From NCBI GenBank assembly GCA_014905635.1, contig JABVCE010000002.1, positions 1,488,001-1,552,000 on the forward strand: a stretch of DNA of 64,000 bases. Direction: 5' to 3'. Under the pieces are notes generated by a model. The model searched no databases and was not told the origin of the DNA. It worked only from the letters and a program-made list of their open reading frames with translations. This DNA comes from Scenedesmus sp. PABB004 (Eukaryota). The translations under genes and the position numbers were made by a program. Shown here piece after piece: positions 1 through 12,508 of this stretch (the stretch's first letter is position 1; the number at the start of each line of letters is the position of its first letter).

Positions 1-140
1 CGGCGGCGCTGTGCGGGCGTGGGGAGGGGTCGTGTGGGCGCGGGCGCGGTCGGCACACGGCGTGGGAGAGTGGCGGGGCGCAGCGATCGCGGCGGCCTTT
101 GAGGCGGGGCGCGCGTGCACGACGGCGACGCGAGCGTCAT
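1..140 (-). CDS. Possible first exon of a gene running off the left edge (transit-peptide-like MTLASPSCTRAPPQRPPRSLRPATLPRR...)
   Basis: ATG at 140 on the minus strand, open to the window edge, Ser/Thr/Arg/Pro-rich with no acidic residues; no recognisable homology. Confidence 0.2.
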   Translation of the reverse strand, partial: MTLASPSCTRAPPQRPPRSLRPATLPRRVPTAPAPTRPLPTPAQRR

Positions 141-700
141 GTGACCGCCGGGCGGGCGAAGCGCTCTGCACGCGCGATCGCGCGCGAGAACGCCCCTGTC
201 GCGCCCGGAGAGCGCGCCCCGGCGCCGCCGAGGCCGCGGCGGCTCGCGCGGCGCGCGGCGACAGCTGTCGCCGGCCGCGCGCGGCGCGTGCGCGGTCTGG
301 CCAGCGCGGCGCGGTGTGGCGTGCAGCCTGCCGGCCACTGCACGCACGCGCGGTGCATTGCCCGACGCGGCGGTGCGGCGGGCGCGCTGCGGCTCCGCGA
401 GGCACGGGCGAGCGGCCACGAGCTCACCCCGGCAGGCTGTGTCGGGCCGGCGGCGGCGATGCGGGCGTCGAGGATTCACAACCCACGGCACAGTCGTGGT
501 GCGGCGGCCATGACTGCGGCCCACAACTTGAACCGATCAGGTTTGACCCCCCAGTTGACCGGCAGTCAACTCGCCCGCGAGTGCGCGGGGAGCAAGCGCT
601 CAATTCTCCCTCCCTAATCGCACGCACGCACCCACATCCCCCCACACGTGATCATCAGGCGTCCCAGGACGCAATCGGTCGACCGATGCGCGCGCCTCGC

Positions 701-3180
701 TCAGTTGAAGTACGCGACGCAGCGCTCCTCCACCTCCTCCATCAGCGCCCGCACCACGCGCGCGCCGCTCGTGCCGCGCCGGCACACGACCAGCAGGCTG
801 TCGTCGATGCGCTGCCTGCGCGGTGCGGCGCGGCGCGGGCGGCGTCGGCAGCGCGCGGCCGGCGGCGCGCCCGCGCGCGCGCCCGTGCGCGCGCCCGTGC
901 GCTGCCGCAGCCGCCGCGCGGGGCACAGCTCTCCCCCGCCTCTGGCCCCACCTGCAGCCCGCGTACGACCCCAGCCGAGGGTAGCGCCGCGCCTTGAGCA
1001 GCTCCACGCCGGCGGGCGCCCACGTCCGCGACGCCCAGCCCGCAAGCGCGCCGGGGCCGGCCACGCGCGACAGGAACGCCTGACCGCCCCACGCGTCGCC
1101 GGCGCTCTCGACGTCGAGCGAAAGGTGCGCCGCGAGCACCATGGGCGCCGCCGCGGCCGCGAGCAGCTCGGGCTGGCGCAGCAGCAGGCGGCTCGTCGTC
1201 GCCAGCAGCACGCGGCCGCGACCGCGCACGCGTGGCACGCTCAGCGCAAACTCGGGGCGGAGCCGGTCCAGCGCTGCCGCGTGGGTCGGGCGCGCGGGCG
1301 AGGTGCGTCAGGGCGCTGTGGGCGCCAGGCCGAGCCAGAGCCGGTCATGGCCAGGCAGCTGCGGCGCGGCGCGCCGCCGGCAAGCGCGCCGCCCACACTG
1401 CCCGCGCGCGGGCCCCCGCGCGGCGCTCACCCGTGTCCACCAGCTGGAGCACCCACTCCTCGCACAGGCACGGGTCCGCCAGCGCCGCCTCGTCCTCCTC
1501 GGCCGCGCGTAGCGCGGCTGGGCCGCCGCCCGCGGGCGCGTCCCCCGCGGCGGCGCTCGACAGCAGCGCCAGCAGCCCGCGCGCGCCCGGGCGGCGCAGC
1601 GCCGCCGCGGTGCGCGAGAGCCAGCCGCTGAGGCCGGCCGACGAGCCGTCGCTGCCGGGCGCGTGCGGGCGCGCCGCCACCGCGGCGGGCGGCGCGCCCG
1701 TCGCGGGCCCGTCCTCGCGCTCGGGGCGCGCGTCGTGCAGGTCGGGGCACTTGAGCAGCACCGTGAGCGACTCGAGCCCCGTCAGCGCGGCGAGGCCGCG
1801 GAGGTCGTTCTGGCTGCGAGCGACGGCGTGCAGCTCGAGCAGCAGGCTCGTCAGCCGGTGCGCGGCGGCGAGCGGGGTCGCATCAAAGACGCACAGCCCG
1901 CTCTCAACGTCGCTCGCAAACTCAGCCATCAGGATGGTCGCGCTCGTCAGCCCCGTCAGCGCCGCCAGGCTGGGCGGCAGCCTGCGCGCGGCGGCGGCGG
2001 CGGCGGCGGCTGAGCACGTGCCCCGCGGCCGGCGAGCAGCGGCGCGCGCTGCGCCCGCGCCGCGGCGCACCTGCAGAACTGAACCTGCTCGTGCTGCGCG
2101 AGCGTGAGCACGAGCCGCACGTCCGGCACGCCCGCGGCGGGCCCGAGCTCCGCCGCCGCGCCGCTGCAGAGCCGCAGGTCGAGCTCGCGCAGGCGGGGCA
2201 GGTCGGCGAGCAGCGGCGGGACCAGGCTGTAGCCTTCGTGCGCGGGCGCGTCCGGCGCGGCGTGCGCAAACTCGGCGAGCGCGAGCGAGGTGAGCGAGGT
2301 GAGCGCCGAGAGCGGCGCGAGCGCCGCCGCGCCGCCGCGCATCAGGGCGTCGAGCTCCAGGCCCAGCGTGATGTGGCCGAGGCGCGGCAGGCCCGGCGCG
2401 GCGGCCGCGAGGGCGGCCGCCGCGGCGCCGAGCTCGGGCACGGAGAACCCGGCCGCGAGGTTGAGGTGCAGGCAGCGCAGGCCGCCGGGCAGCGCGCCAA
2501 AGTCGAGCCAGGGCGCCGACGCGCCGACGCTGAGCACGCGGAGGCGCCGCAGGTGCGCGATACTCACCGGGCGCACGCGCGCCGCGGGCGCGGGCAGGTG
2601 GCGCGCCTCCGCGTCGACGCCCAGGTCCATGACGCACAACCGCGTCACGCCGCGCAGCACGCCCAGCACGGCGTGCCCGACGCCGGCGCCCCCGAGCCAC
2701 ACCGCTGCGCTCGCCGCGTGGGGCACCGCGCGGCAGAGCAGCAGCGCGCAGCTCGACGCCGCGCTCGCGACGACGTCGCAGGGCGCGGACCGCGACCCGG
2801 CCCAGGCGTCGGCGCCGCCGCGGTGCGCCGGCGCGGCGCCCTCGTGCGCCGCCGCCGACGCGACCATCGCGGCCCAGGCGCGGCACACCGTCGCGGCCGC
2901 GCTGCGCGGCGGCGTGGCGGCGGCGGCGGGCTCGGCGGCGCGGCGGCGGCGGTGCGCTCGGCGCCCAGCGGGCAGCCAGCCACGCGCGTCGGGCTGCTCA
3001 CCAGCGCTCGCGGAAGTCCAGCGCGGCGAGCACGCGGGCGGTCGCCGCCGCCGGCAGCTCGCCCCACCGCGGCGGCGGCGGCGTGCCCTTCGCCGCGGCG
3101 CCGCGCCTGGCGCCAGGCGGGCTCGTCGGCCGCTGCCGCGCGCCGCCGCCGCCGCCGCCGCTGCACAGGCAGCCCCACAT
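701..3180 (-). CDS. F-box / leucine-rich-repeat (RNI-like) protein, about 5 exons
   Basis: Exon 1 has F-box-like RWGELPAAATARVLAALDFRER. Later exons have LRR-like repeats (LRRLRVLSV, LSALTSLTSLAL, LPRLRELDL, LAALTGLESLTV). GT-AG introns join the ORF pieces to a TGA at 701-703. Confidence 0.7.
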
Positions 3181-3530
3181 CGCGCCAGCAGCCGCGGTGG
3201 CGAGGCACGGCGCGATGGGGCCGCGCGCGTGCGCCGCCGCTGCTCCGTCCGCGCGCGGAGCCGCTGCGCCACGGCCAGCCACTCCCCAGCGCGGTGCGCG
3301 ACGGCTGCGACCCCCCGGCGTGTTGGGGGCGCGCGGGCGGGGGAGCGGTGAAATTGAGGGCGCGGCGGGAGACGACAGCTGAACGACCGCGGGCTCAGGC
3401 CTGTTGTAGACCGCAGGTGGCCAGCCGCACGCCTGCCGGTCGTCGTGACGACGACAGTCGGGCCGCAGCCGGGCGCGCAGGCCGCGGCGTTGGCGCTGCT
3501 GGCGGCAGCAGCAGGCAGCACCGCGCAAAG

Positions 3531-6252
3531 ATGGCCGTCTCGGCGCTGGGCCGCGCCCTGGCGGGCGCCGCTGGCGGCACCCGCTCCAGGTGAGCTACAT
3601 CTGCGCGGCGGCAGCGGCGAGCAGCGGACCGCCGCCGCCGGCGTCGCTGCCACGCGACCGCTGCTGCTGCCGCTGCCGCGCCCGCCGCCGCCCCCCCCCC
3701 CCCCCCAGGCGCGCGCTGGACGGCCTGGCGCTGGCTGCCGCCGCGGCCGCTGGGGAGCGGTGGCATCCGTGGCCGCCGTCCTGCGCCGGCGCGCGGGCGT
3801 TCAGCAGCGGCGGCGTCGGCGGTGCGCCCGCGGCGGCCGCCGACGCGGCGGCGGCGCAGCTCGGCGCCGCGATCGGCGCGGCGCAGCCGCTGGAGCCGCT
3901 GGCGCAGCTGCTCAACCCCTTCGTCCTGGGCAGCAGCGTGTGGGAGCTGGCGCACAGCGCGACCGGGCTGCCGTGGTGGGCGAGCATCCCGCTCACGACG
4001 CTCGCGCTGCGCTCGCTGCTGCTGCCGTTCACGCTCAAGGCCAAGTCGGCGGGGCTCAACTGGGTGCTGCTGCAAAACTCCTTCCTGACGGCCAACCGCC
4101 TGCTCGAGTCGATGCGCGCGCAGCAGCTGTCGCTGCAGGCGCAGGAGGGCGCCGCCGCCGCGGAGGGGCGGCGCGGCAGCCGCGCCGCGCAGGCGCAGCT
4201 GCTGCTCAAGCCGCCGAGCAAGCTCAAGCTCGTGCGCATGTACTACCGCTACTTCCGGCAGCAGCACAAGACCACCAGCATGGCCTGGTGGGCCGCCAAC
4301 GCGGCGCTGCAGGTGCGCCCGCGGCCGCGCACATGCGCACGAGCGCCGCCGCGCCGTGGGCCGCGTGGCGCAACCTGCGCGCCGGGCCCGCGCCCACGCG
4401 CCGCGCACGCCACCGCGCGCGCGCGCGCGCGCCGTGCGGCAGGTCAACATCTTTGTGGTGATGAGCGTCGCGCTGCGCCAGATGGCGGACGCGCAGTGGC
4501 CGGGGCTGTCGACCGAGGGGCTGGGCTTCATCACAGACCTCACGCGCGTGAGCGTCGACTGGGCCAGCCTCGCCACGCCCAACGGCGTCGCCGGCGCGCT
4601 GCTGCCCCTCACGCTGGTCTGGCTCTACCTGCGCACGGTCGCAGAGTCGCCGGGTGGGGCGGCGGCCGCCGAGCCGCGGCGGCGCCGCGCGCTGCGCCGC
4701 CGCACGCGCGCTGAGCCGCCCGCCGCGCGCGCGCTGAGCCGCCGCCGCGGCCGCCCGCCCGCCCGCGCCGCGCGCGCAGCGGTGCGCACGAACAACGTGC
4801 GCCTGCTGCTCGACTGCGGCGCGCTGCCGTACTTTGTGGCGTCATGCTGGGTGCCGCAGGCCACGCAGCTCTACTGGGGCGCCAACGCCCTCTTCTTCTA
4901 TGCCCTGCAGGCCGGGCTGAAGCGCCCCGCGGTCGCGCGCGCGGCCGGGCTGCCCACGCTGCTGCTGCCCACGCCGCGCGGCGCCCAGGAGGAGCGCGGT
5001 GCGCGCCGCGCCGGGCGCCGCGCGCCGCCCGTGCCCGCCGCGCACGCCGGCCGCCGGCCGCGGCCGCCGCGGCGACCCACGCCGGCCCGCCGACCCGCCT
5101 GCCGGCCGCGGCGGCGCGCGCAGAGCGCGCGGAGCAGGAGGCGGCGGAGGCGCGGCAGCTGATCTGCGGCAGCGAGGACGATGGCTTCCTCCGCTTCCTC
5201 GCCGGCAGCTTCCTCTCGCGCGGACTGCACCAGCAGGCGCTGCAGTGCCTGCAGCGCCTCACCGTCCTCGCGCCGGGTGCGCGGGCAGAGGCGGGCAGGC
5301 GTGAGGGAGGGGGGCAGGGGGCGGCTTGCAGCCGCGCCGCGCCGCGCCACGCCGTGCCGCCGCGCTGACCCGGGGCCGCCCCCGCCCGGCGCGCCGCCCG
5401 CGCCGCGGCGCAGGCGACGTCGTCGCGTTCAGCGCGCTCGGCCGCACCGCGGCGGAGCTGCAGCACTGGCCCGAGGCGGCCGCCGCGTACGAGCGCGCGG
5501 CGGAGCTGCACGCCGCGACGGGCGAGGTCGAGCAGCAGGCGTCCGAGCTCGTGCTGGCTGGTAAGCACTGGCTCAACGCGCTCGCGGAGGCCAAGCAGCA
5601 GCAGCAGCAGCAGCAGGCCGCCGCCAAGGGCGGCGCCAAGGGCGGCGGCGGCAGCAGCAGCGGCAGCAGCGGCAGCAGCGGCAGCAGCGGCGGCGGCGAG
5701 GGCGCGGGTGGCGGCGCCGCTGCCGTGGCCGCGGACGCCACGGACAGCGCTGGCAAGCTGTGTGACTACACCGCGGGCGCGCTGGCCAACCTGGAGACCG
5801 CGGTCGGCCTGCGCGCGGAGGCCGCCACGGAGGGCTGGTACCTGCTCGCCATGGCCCGCACCGCCGCGGGGCAGCGCGACGCCGCGCTCGAGGCGGGCCG
5901 CACGTACTGGGAGCGCGCCGCGCGCGGCGGCGACGGCGCCGACCCCGCCGCGGCGCGCAGCAACGCCGCCGCCAAGCTGCTGCCGGTGCTGGCCAACCTG
6001 TGCAAGCACCACCAGCGCGAGGGCTGCGAGGCGGGGCTGCTGGACGCCGCGGGCCTGGCGGCCGAGGTCGCGCGCGCGCGCTGGGACCGGCAGAGCCAGG
6101 AGCAGCTGGACGAGACGCTCGGCGCCGCGGCCGCGGCCGCGGCCGACGCGGGCCGCGCCGTCGCCGCGGACCAGCTGCGGCGGCTGCAGGCGGCGCTGCG
6201 CGAAGCCGTCGCGCGGCAGTCCAAGTTCCGCGCCGGCGGCGGCGCCGCGTGA
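3531..6252 (+). CDS. Mitochondrial Oxa1/YidC-family insertase with C-terminal TPR-like region (OXA2/COX18-like), 6 exons
   Basis: Presequence-like MAVSALGRAL...RAFSS; family motif AHSATGLPWWASIPLTTLALRSLLLPF; GLGFITDLT; VPQATQLYWGANALF; TPR-like helices (ALQCLQRLTVLAPGD, EAAAAYERAAEL, GWYLLAMARTAAG). Five GT-AG introns. Confidence 0.8.
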
Positions 6253-6274
6253 CTACTGCGCGCGGGGCTTGCGC

Positions 6275-6279
6275 TGTAA
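6275..6279 (+). terminator. TGTAA polyadenylation signal of the OXA2-like gene
   Basis: Canonical chlorophyte poly(A) signal 22 nt after the stop codon. Confidence 0.6.
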
Positions 6280-6659
6280 AACCTGAACGCACTGCGCCCT
6301 GGACCGCCGCCGCGGCTGGGCACCGTGCTTGCAGCCGCCTCCCCCTGTCAGACAGCAGCGTGGTCGCGAGCAGCGTGGTCGCGAAGCGCCGCCGCACCAT
6401 CGCGCAGCACGCAGCCGCTCGCCCGCCGCGCTCAGCGAGCGAGCTGCTCCTTGCACGCCACCGCCGGGGGCGCCCGGCACGGGCACCGCGATCTGTCTGC
6501 CACCGTCAGTGCACAGTGCACAGGCGCCGTCGCGCCGCGGCAGGGCGCAGCGGCGGCGGCAGCAGCAGCAGCGCTCGGCGCCCGCGCGGCAGGGCGCCCT
6601 CCCGCGGGGCCCGCCAGCGCGCCGTGACCGTGTCCTGATCGTGCCAGGCGCGTGGCGCG

Positions 6660-7120
6660 ATGTCGGGGCCCAAACCCAGCTGGGCCAACTCGACGTTTGT
6701 GCGGACGAGCCTGCCCATGTTTGGCTTCGTCGTCCTCGCCTGGTTCGGCCTCAGCCAGCTCATGGAGAGCAAGCTGGCCATTCGGGTGCGCGGACGCCGC
6801 CGGCCGCTGCTCCCCAGCACGCACGCGCGGGCGCCGGTGGGGCGGCTGGCCGCGCGCGCCGCGCGCACCACGCGCCGCCGGCTGCGCGCCACCCGCCGCC
6901 GCCGCCGACGCCCGCCGCCACCGCTGCGGCTCAGAGCGGCGTGCGCGGCTACGACAAGGTGGAGGAGTACGACCCCATCGAGCGCGCGAAGCGCCTCGCG
7001 GCGGCGCGCCCCGCCGCGGTGTCGAGCCTCGACGACGAGCTGCGCAGCATGCAGGCGCAGCTCGACATCAACAACTTCACCTACAAGCCAGTGCCGCGCA
7101 CCGACGACGACGACGAGTGA
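6660..7120 (+). CDS. COX16: Cytochrome c oxidase assembly protein COX16, 2 exons
   Basis: Small protein with N-terminal TM segment FVRTSLPMFGFVVLAWFGLSQL and C-terminal SLDDELRSMQAQLDINNFTYKPVPR, typical of COX16. Confidence 0.85.
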
Positions 7121-7278
7121 GGCAGCGCGACGCGGCCGGCGGCCGGCGCGCCGCGCAGGGCGGCAAGCAGGCAGCGGCGGCCGCGCGTGTGGCAGCACAG
7201 TTTTGCGCGTTGCGTGAGTGAGCGGCGGCGGCGGTTTTGGCGGTCTGCGGGGGGGAGAGCGGGGCTCGATGCTTGATG

Positions 7279-7283
7279 TTACA
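7279..7283 (-). terminator. TGTAA poly(A) signal of the Rab gene
   Basis: TTACA on the plus strand, about 220 nt downstream of the Rab stop. Confidence 0.55.
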
Positions 7284-7499
7284 CGCGGCGCGCGCGGGGC
7301 GAGAGAAAGAGAGACAAGCGCGCCCCGCCCTCGCCCTCGAGCTCGCTCGCCCTGGCCATGCTCCCTGCCGCCCGCCCGCCCCGCCTAGCTCGTGCCTAGT
7401 GCCCCCGCCCTGCCCCGCCCGCCCACGCGCTGGCGCCGCCAGACGTGAGCCTCGCTGCTGCTGGCCCGCGCGCGCCGCCCGGCCGCCAGCTCTCGCCGC

Positions 7500-8897
<1,398 letters not shown>

Positions 8898-9624
8898 TCA
8901 GCGGGCGGGTGGGGCGACGTCGGGACGGAGGCCGGCCGCGGGGGGCATGTGGGGCGATGCATGCGCCGGGGAGGCCGGCGGGCGGGCGACGCTGCTGTTT
9001 TGGCCCCGCCTGAGCCCGCCCGTTCCGCTTGTGGCCCGCCGCACCGCCCGGGCGTGTGCGGACACGCGCCGCGCCCAGCCAGCGCCCCGCGGCAGCTGCT
9101 GCGGCCGCGTAGAGACGCCTGGCCCGCGCCAATCGTCTCGACGCGCACCCGCCGCAACCGCCGGCGCGCCCGGCTGTGTCTCTGGTGTCCTGTCCGGGCC
9201 ACCTCCCAGCCAGCAGGCCAGCGGCGGCCCAGCACCAGCGGCGGCGGCCCGCTGGCGGCGGGCCCCGCGGCCGCGCTCGCTGGTGCCGCGCCGGCAGCGC
9301 CGATCACAGAGTCACCGAGGGCCTCGCCCGCTGGTGGGCCCCGCATCACGCGGGAGCCCTGCAGCAGCTGAGGGCGGCGCCGCACCGCCCGCGCGAGCCT
9401 CGCTCTCGCCCGCCACACCACCCCACACCGCGACGCCTCGCTCGCTCTCTCCTCGTACGCGCGCTTATTGCGCCCACACCGCGCTCCTGCTCGCCGGCAC
9501 ACGTGCCGCCACACGCCTCACGCCTGCTCGCTGCCGTCGCAGCGCGCGCACCACGCGCGCTGCGCGCCGCCGCCACGCACGGCACGGCGCGGCGCGGCGC
9601 GGGCGCCGCTCACACGCCACCCCC

Positions 9625-11026
9625 TCACAGCATCATGGCCTCCGCCACCGCCTCCTGCTCCGCGCTCATGTGCGGCGTCGGCGGCGGCGGCTCCTTGACG
9701 AGCACAAACACGCTGCCGCCGTCGCCGCGCGAGACGCGCGTGTCGGCGTCGAGGTAGGTCGTGAGCAGCCACGTCGACGCGGCGTCGCTCGCGATCGGGA
9801 AGGACAGCCCCGGGCTCTGCGCGAGCAGGCTGCCGACCTGGCTGATGATGCCGCTCAGGCCCTGGCTCACGGGCTGCAGCAGGCCGCGGACCGTGCTGAG
9901 GTCGAGCGACTGGCCCAGCACGCTGACCGACTCGGGCACCTCCACGTCCGCGATGAGCTCAGGGCTCGCGATGCGGCCCTGCTCAAAGCGCACCTGCAGG
10001 CGCTTCGGGCTGCGCACCTCGAAGCTCGCGGTCGTCGACACGGTCGTGCGCGAGAGCGGCGCGGCGAGGGACACCGCGTTCTCAAAGCTCGCGCTCGCCG
10101 AGTCGATGCGCTGCGTGATGTCGCCGACGCTCACAAACGGCAGCCGCCCGAGCGCGAGGATGGCGAGCAGCTCGCTGTTGCTCGTGTACACGAGCTTCCA
10201 GCTGCCGTCCAGCAGCGCCATCATCTGCGGCGCGCGCGGGGCTCTGGCGCGGGCCCGGTGCGCTGCGCGCGGCTGGCGGCGGGCGCTGCGCGGCGCGCGC
10301 ACCTCGGTCGGGACGGGCGTCGGGTTCTTCGCCTCGAGCTGCGTGATGAGCTCGTTGATCTCAGCCCGCACCTCGCTGCGCGCCGCCAGCCCGCGCTCGG
10401 TGCCGTAGAACGAGTCCAGCAGCGCCGCCTGCGGCGCGGCGCGGCGCGGCGCGGCGTGGGCGCCGCGAGGCGCGCCCCGGGCGAGGCGCGGCGCGGCCCG
10501 CAGGGCCCCGGACCTTGATGTCAGCGGCGCTCATCTCGTCCGACTCCGGCTCCGCCACCGCCATGGCAAAGCCGGCCGTCTGCGGGCGCGGCGCGGCGGC
10601 CGCGTGAGAGAGGCGGGCGCGGCGGCGGCAGCGCGCGGCGGGCGGCCCCGAGCGCCGGCGGCGGCGGCACGGCGCCGCGCACCTCAGGCAGCTCCGGCAT
10701 CACCGCCTCGTCGGTGGCTGCCGCGCGGCGAGCGCCCGCACGCCGGGCCTGCAGGCGGAGGGCGTGGTCGTCAGCTTTGGCGGCCTGGCCAGGCCGCTGC
10801 CGGCCCCGCCGCGCCGCGCCGCTCCGCACCTGGGCGCTGGGGGCCGCCCTGAACGCCGACGGCGGGCATCGGAGGCCTGCGCGGGCCTGGGTGCGGCCCG
10901 GCCTGCGGGGCAGCGCGCCGAGGAGGTGAGCGCCAGCCCGCGCGGCCTGGACGGCGTCGCGCCGCGCCGCGCGACGTGTCACCTGCACGAGGTGCTGCCG
11001 ACGCGGGAGCACGCGCTGAGGGCCAT
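9625..11026 (-). CDS. Plastid lipid-associated protein / fibrillin (FBN1/2-like), about 6 exons
   Basis: Transit peptide MALSACSRVGSTSCR; LLDSFYGTERGL, RAEINELITQLEAKNPTP, LLDGSWKLVYTS, FEVRSPKRLQVRF, WLLTTYLDADTRVSRGDGGSVFVLVKE. Confidence 0.93.
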
Positions 11027-11385
11027 GCGCGCTGTGTGCTGCTCGGCGGCAGCGGCGCTGCTGCTGCTGCCTTCTAGAGGGCGGTGGGCGTGGCCGTGGG
11101 CGTGGACGTTGACGGGCGACGTGCACTGTGAAAGAGCAGCGTCGCAGCGTCGCAGGATTTGGGCCGCGGGGTTCACGCGACGCAACGGCCCACGCGCGTC
11201 GCAGCGCTGCGCGTCACCGCGCTGGGCCGCCGCCGCCGCCGCTCGCGCCGCTCGCGCCGCTCCCGCCGCCTGCCGCCGCTGCGCTGCCCCTGCGGCGCGG
11301 CGACGCGCGGTGGGCGGAGCGGCCCGGGCGCGGCGCGCGCCTGGTGCCCGGGCGGCCGCGAGCGCGCGCGCACGCGCCCTGCGCC

Positions 11386-12238
11386 TCACTTGCTGCTGTA
11401 GTCGTCCCAGCCGCGCACCCACTCCCGCCCCGCCGCGGCCTGCGCCGCCTGCGGCGCGTTGGCCGCCAGCTGCTGCGCGACGTGCGCGCTCAGCGCCTGC
11501 GGGCACGGCGCCGAGCGCGGCGCGCGGCGACGGCGGCTCGGCGCGCGCCGCCTGCTGGCGCGCGGCGCGCGGCGCGCGGCGCCACGCACGCCCCGGGTGC
11601 GCACCGCGTAGGCCGGGTTCGCCTGCATCTCCGCAGGCGGCGGCAGCTGCCCCGTGAGCCACTTGAACAGGTCTGGATTCTCCTGCGTGCGGGGCGGGGC
11701 GGCACGGCCGCGTCGGCTTGCGCCGGCCTCCCGCCACGCCCCGCTGCCGCCCGCCGCGTGCCACGCCGCGCCTCCCGCCGCCGCGCCTCCCGCTGCGCCG
11801 CGCGCCGCCGGCCGGCGCCGCGCCTGGTCGAGCACGGCGGCGAGCGCGTGCAGCGTGGGCACGTCCATGCGCGGGATCTCCTGCTCCGCCCACAGCCCCA
11901 CCAGCAGGTCCAGCTCCAGGAAGCCGCGCTGCTTGCTGCGGTACAGCAGCTTGTTCACCAGCTGCGGCGCGGGCGCGAGACGTGCGGGGAGCGGCAGCGG
12001 CGGGCGTGGGCGGCGGGGGCGCGCGCGCATGGCGGCGCTGCGCGGCGCAACCGACCGCTGCTACGCGTCCAGCGCCCTCTGTCGCCAGTCCCGGCGCGCT
12101 CGCCTTCTTGTGCTCCAGGTCCTCGCCCCGCTGCTCGCCGGCGGCGGCGCTGCCCGCTGCGCGCGCGCCGATGCCGGGCGCGAGCGCCGCGCCCGCCCAG
12201 CCCGCGGGCAGGGCCGCCCTCGCGAGGACACGCAGCAT
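11386..12238 (-). CDS. SDHAF2: Succinate dehydrogenase assembly factor 2 (Sdh5/SdhE family), 4 exons
   Basis: Presequence MLRVLARAAL; KLLYRSKQRGFLELDLLVG (RGxxE motif); ENPDLFKWLTGQ; EWVRGWDD tail. Two GC-AG introns. Confidence 0.92.
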
Positions 12239-12508
12239 GGAGCGGTGTGCGGCGCGGTCGGGACTGCGAGGTCGCGGCGGCGGCGCGTGCTGCTGCGGCG
12301 GGCGCGCTGCAGCTGATCGATCGCGCTGCGGTTGCAGCTGTGCCTACGCGATGGTGGTCCGTGCTTTACGATGCGCGGGCGGCCATGTTTTTTTTTGTGG
12401 GCGGCGCTGGCACCGTGACTCGCGGCGCAGGCGTGGCGCACACCGGTCAGCCCCGACGCCACACGCCCTCCCCCCGCCCGACCTCACGCCACCCGGCCGC
12501 CGGCGACG

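Noticed and set aside
1272..1430. In-frame TGA in the F-box gene as possible selenocysteine
   Set aside because: The TGAs fall inside a GT-AG intron with a CTGAC branch site; splicing restores the frame.
6354..6383. 15-bp direct repeat agcagcgtggtcgcg x2 between OXA2 and COX16
   Set aside because: Only two copies; most simply slippage, with no evidence of function.
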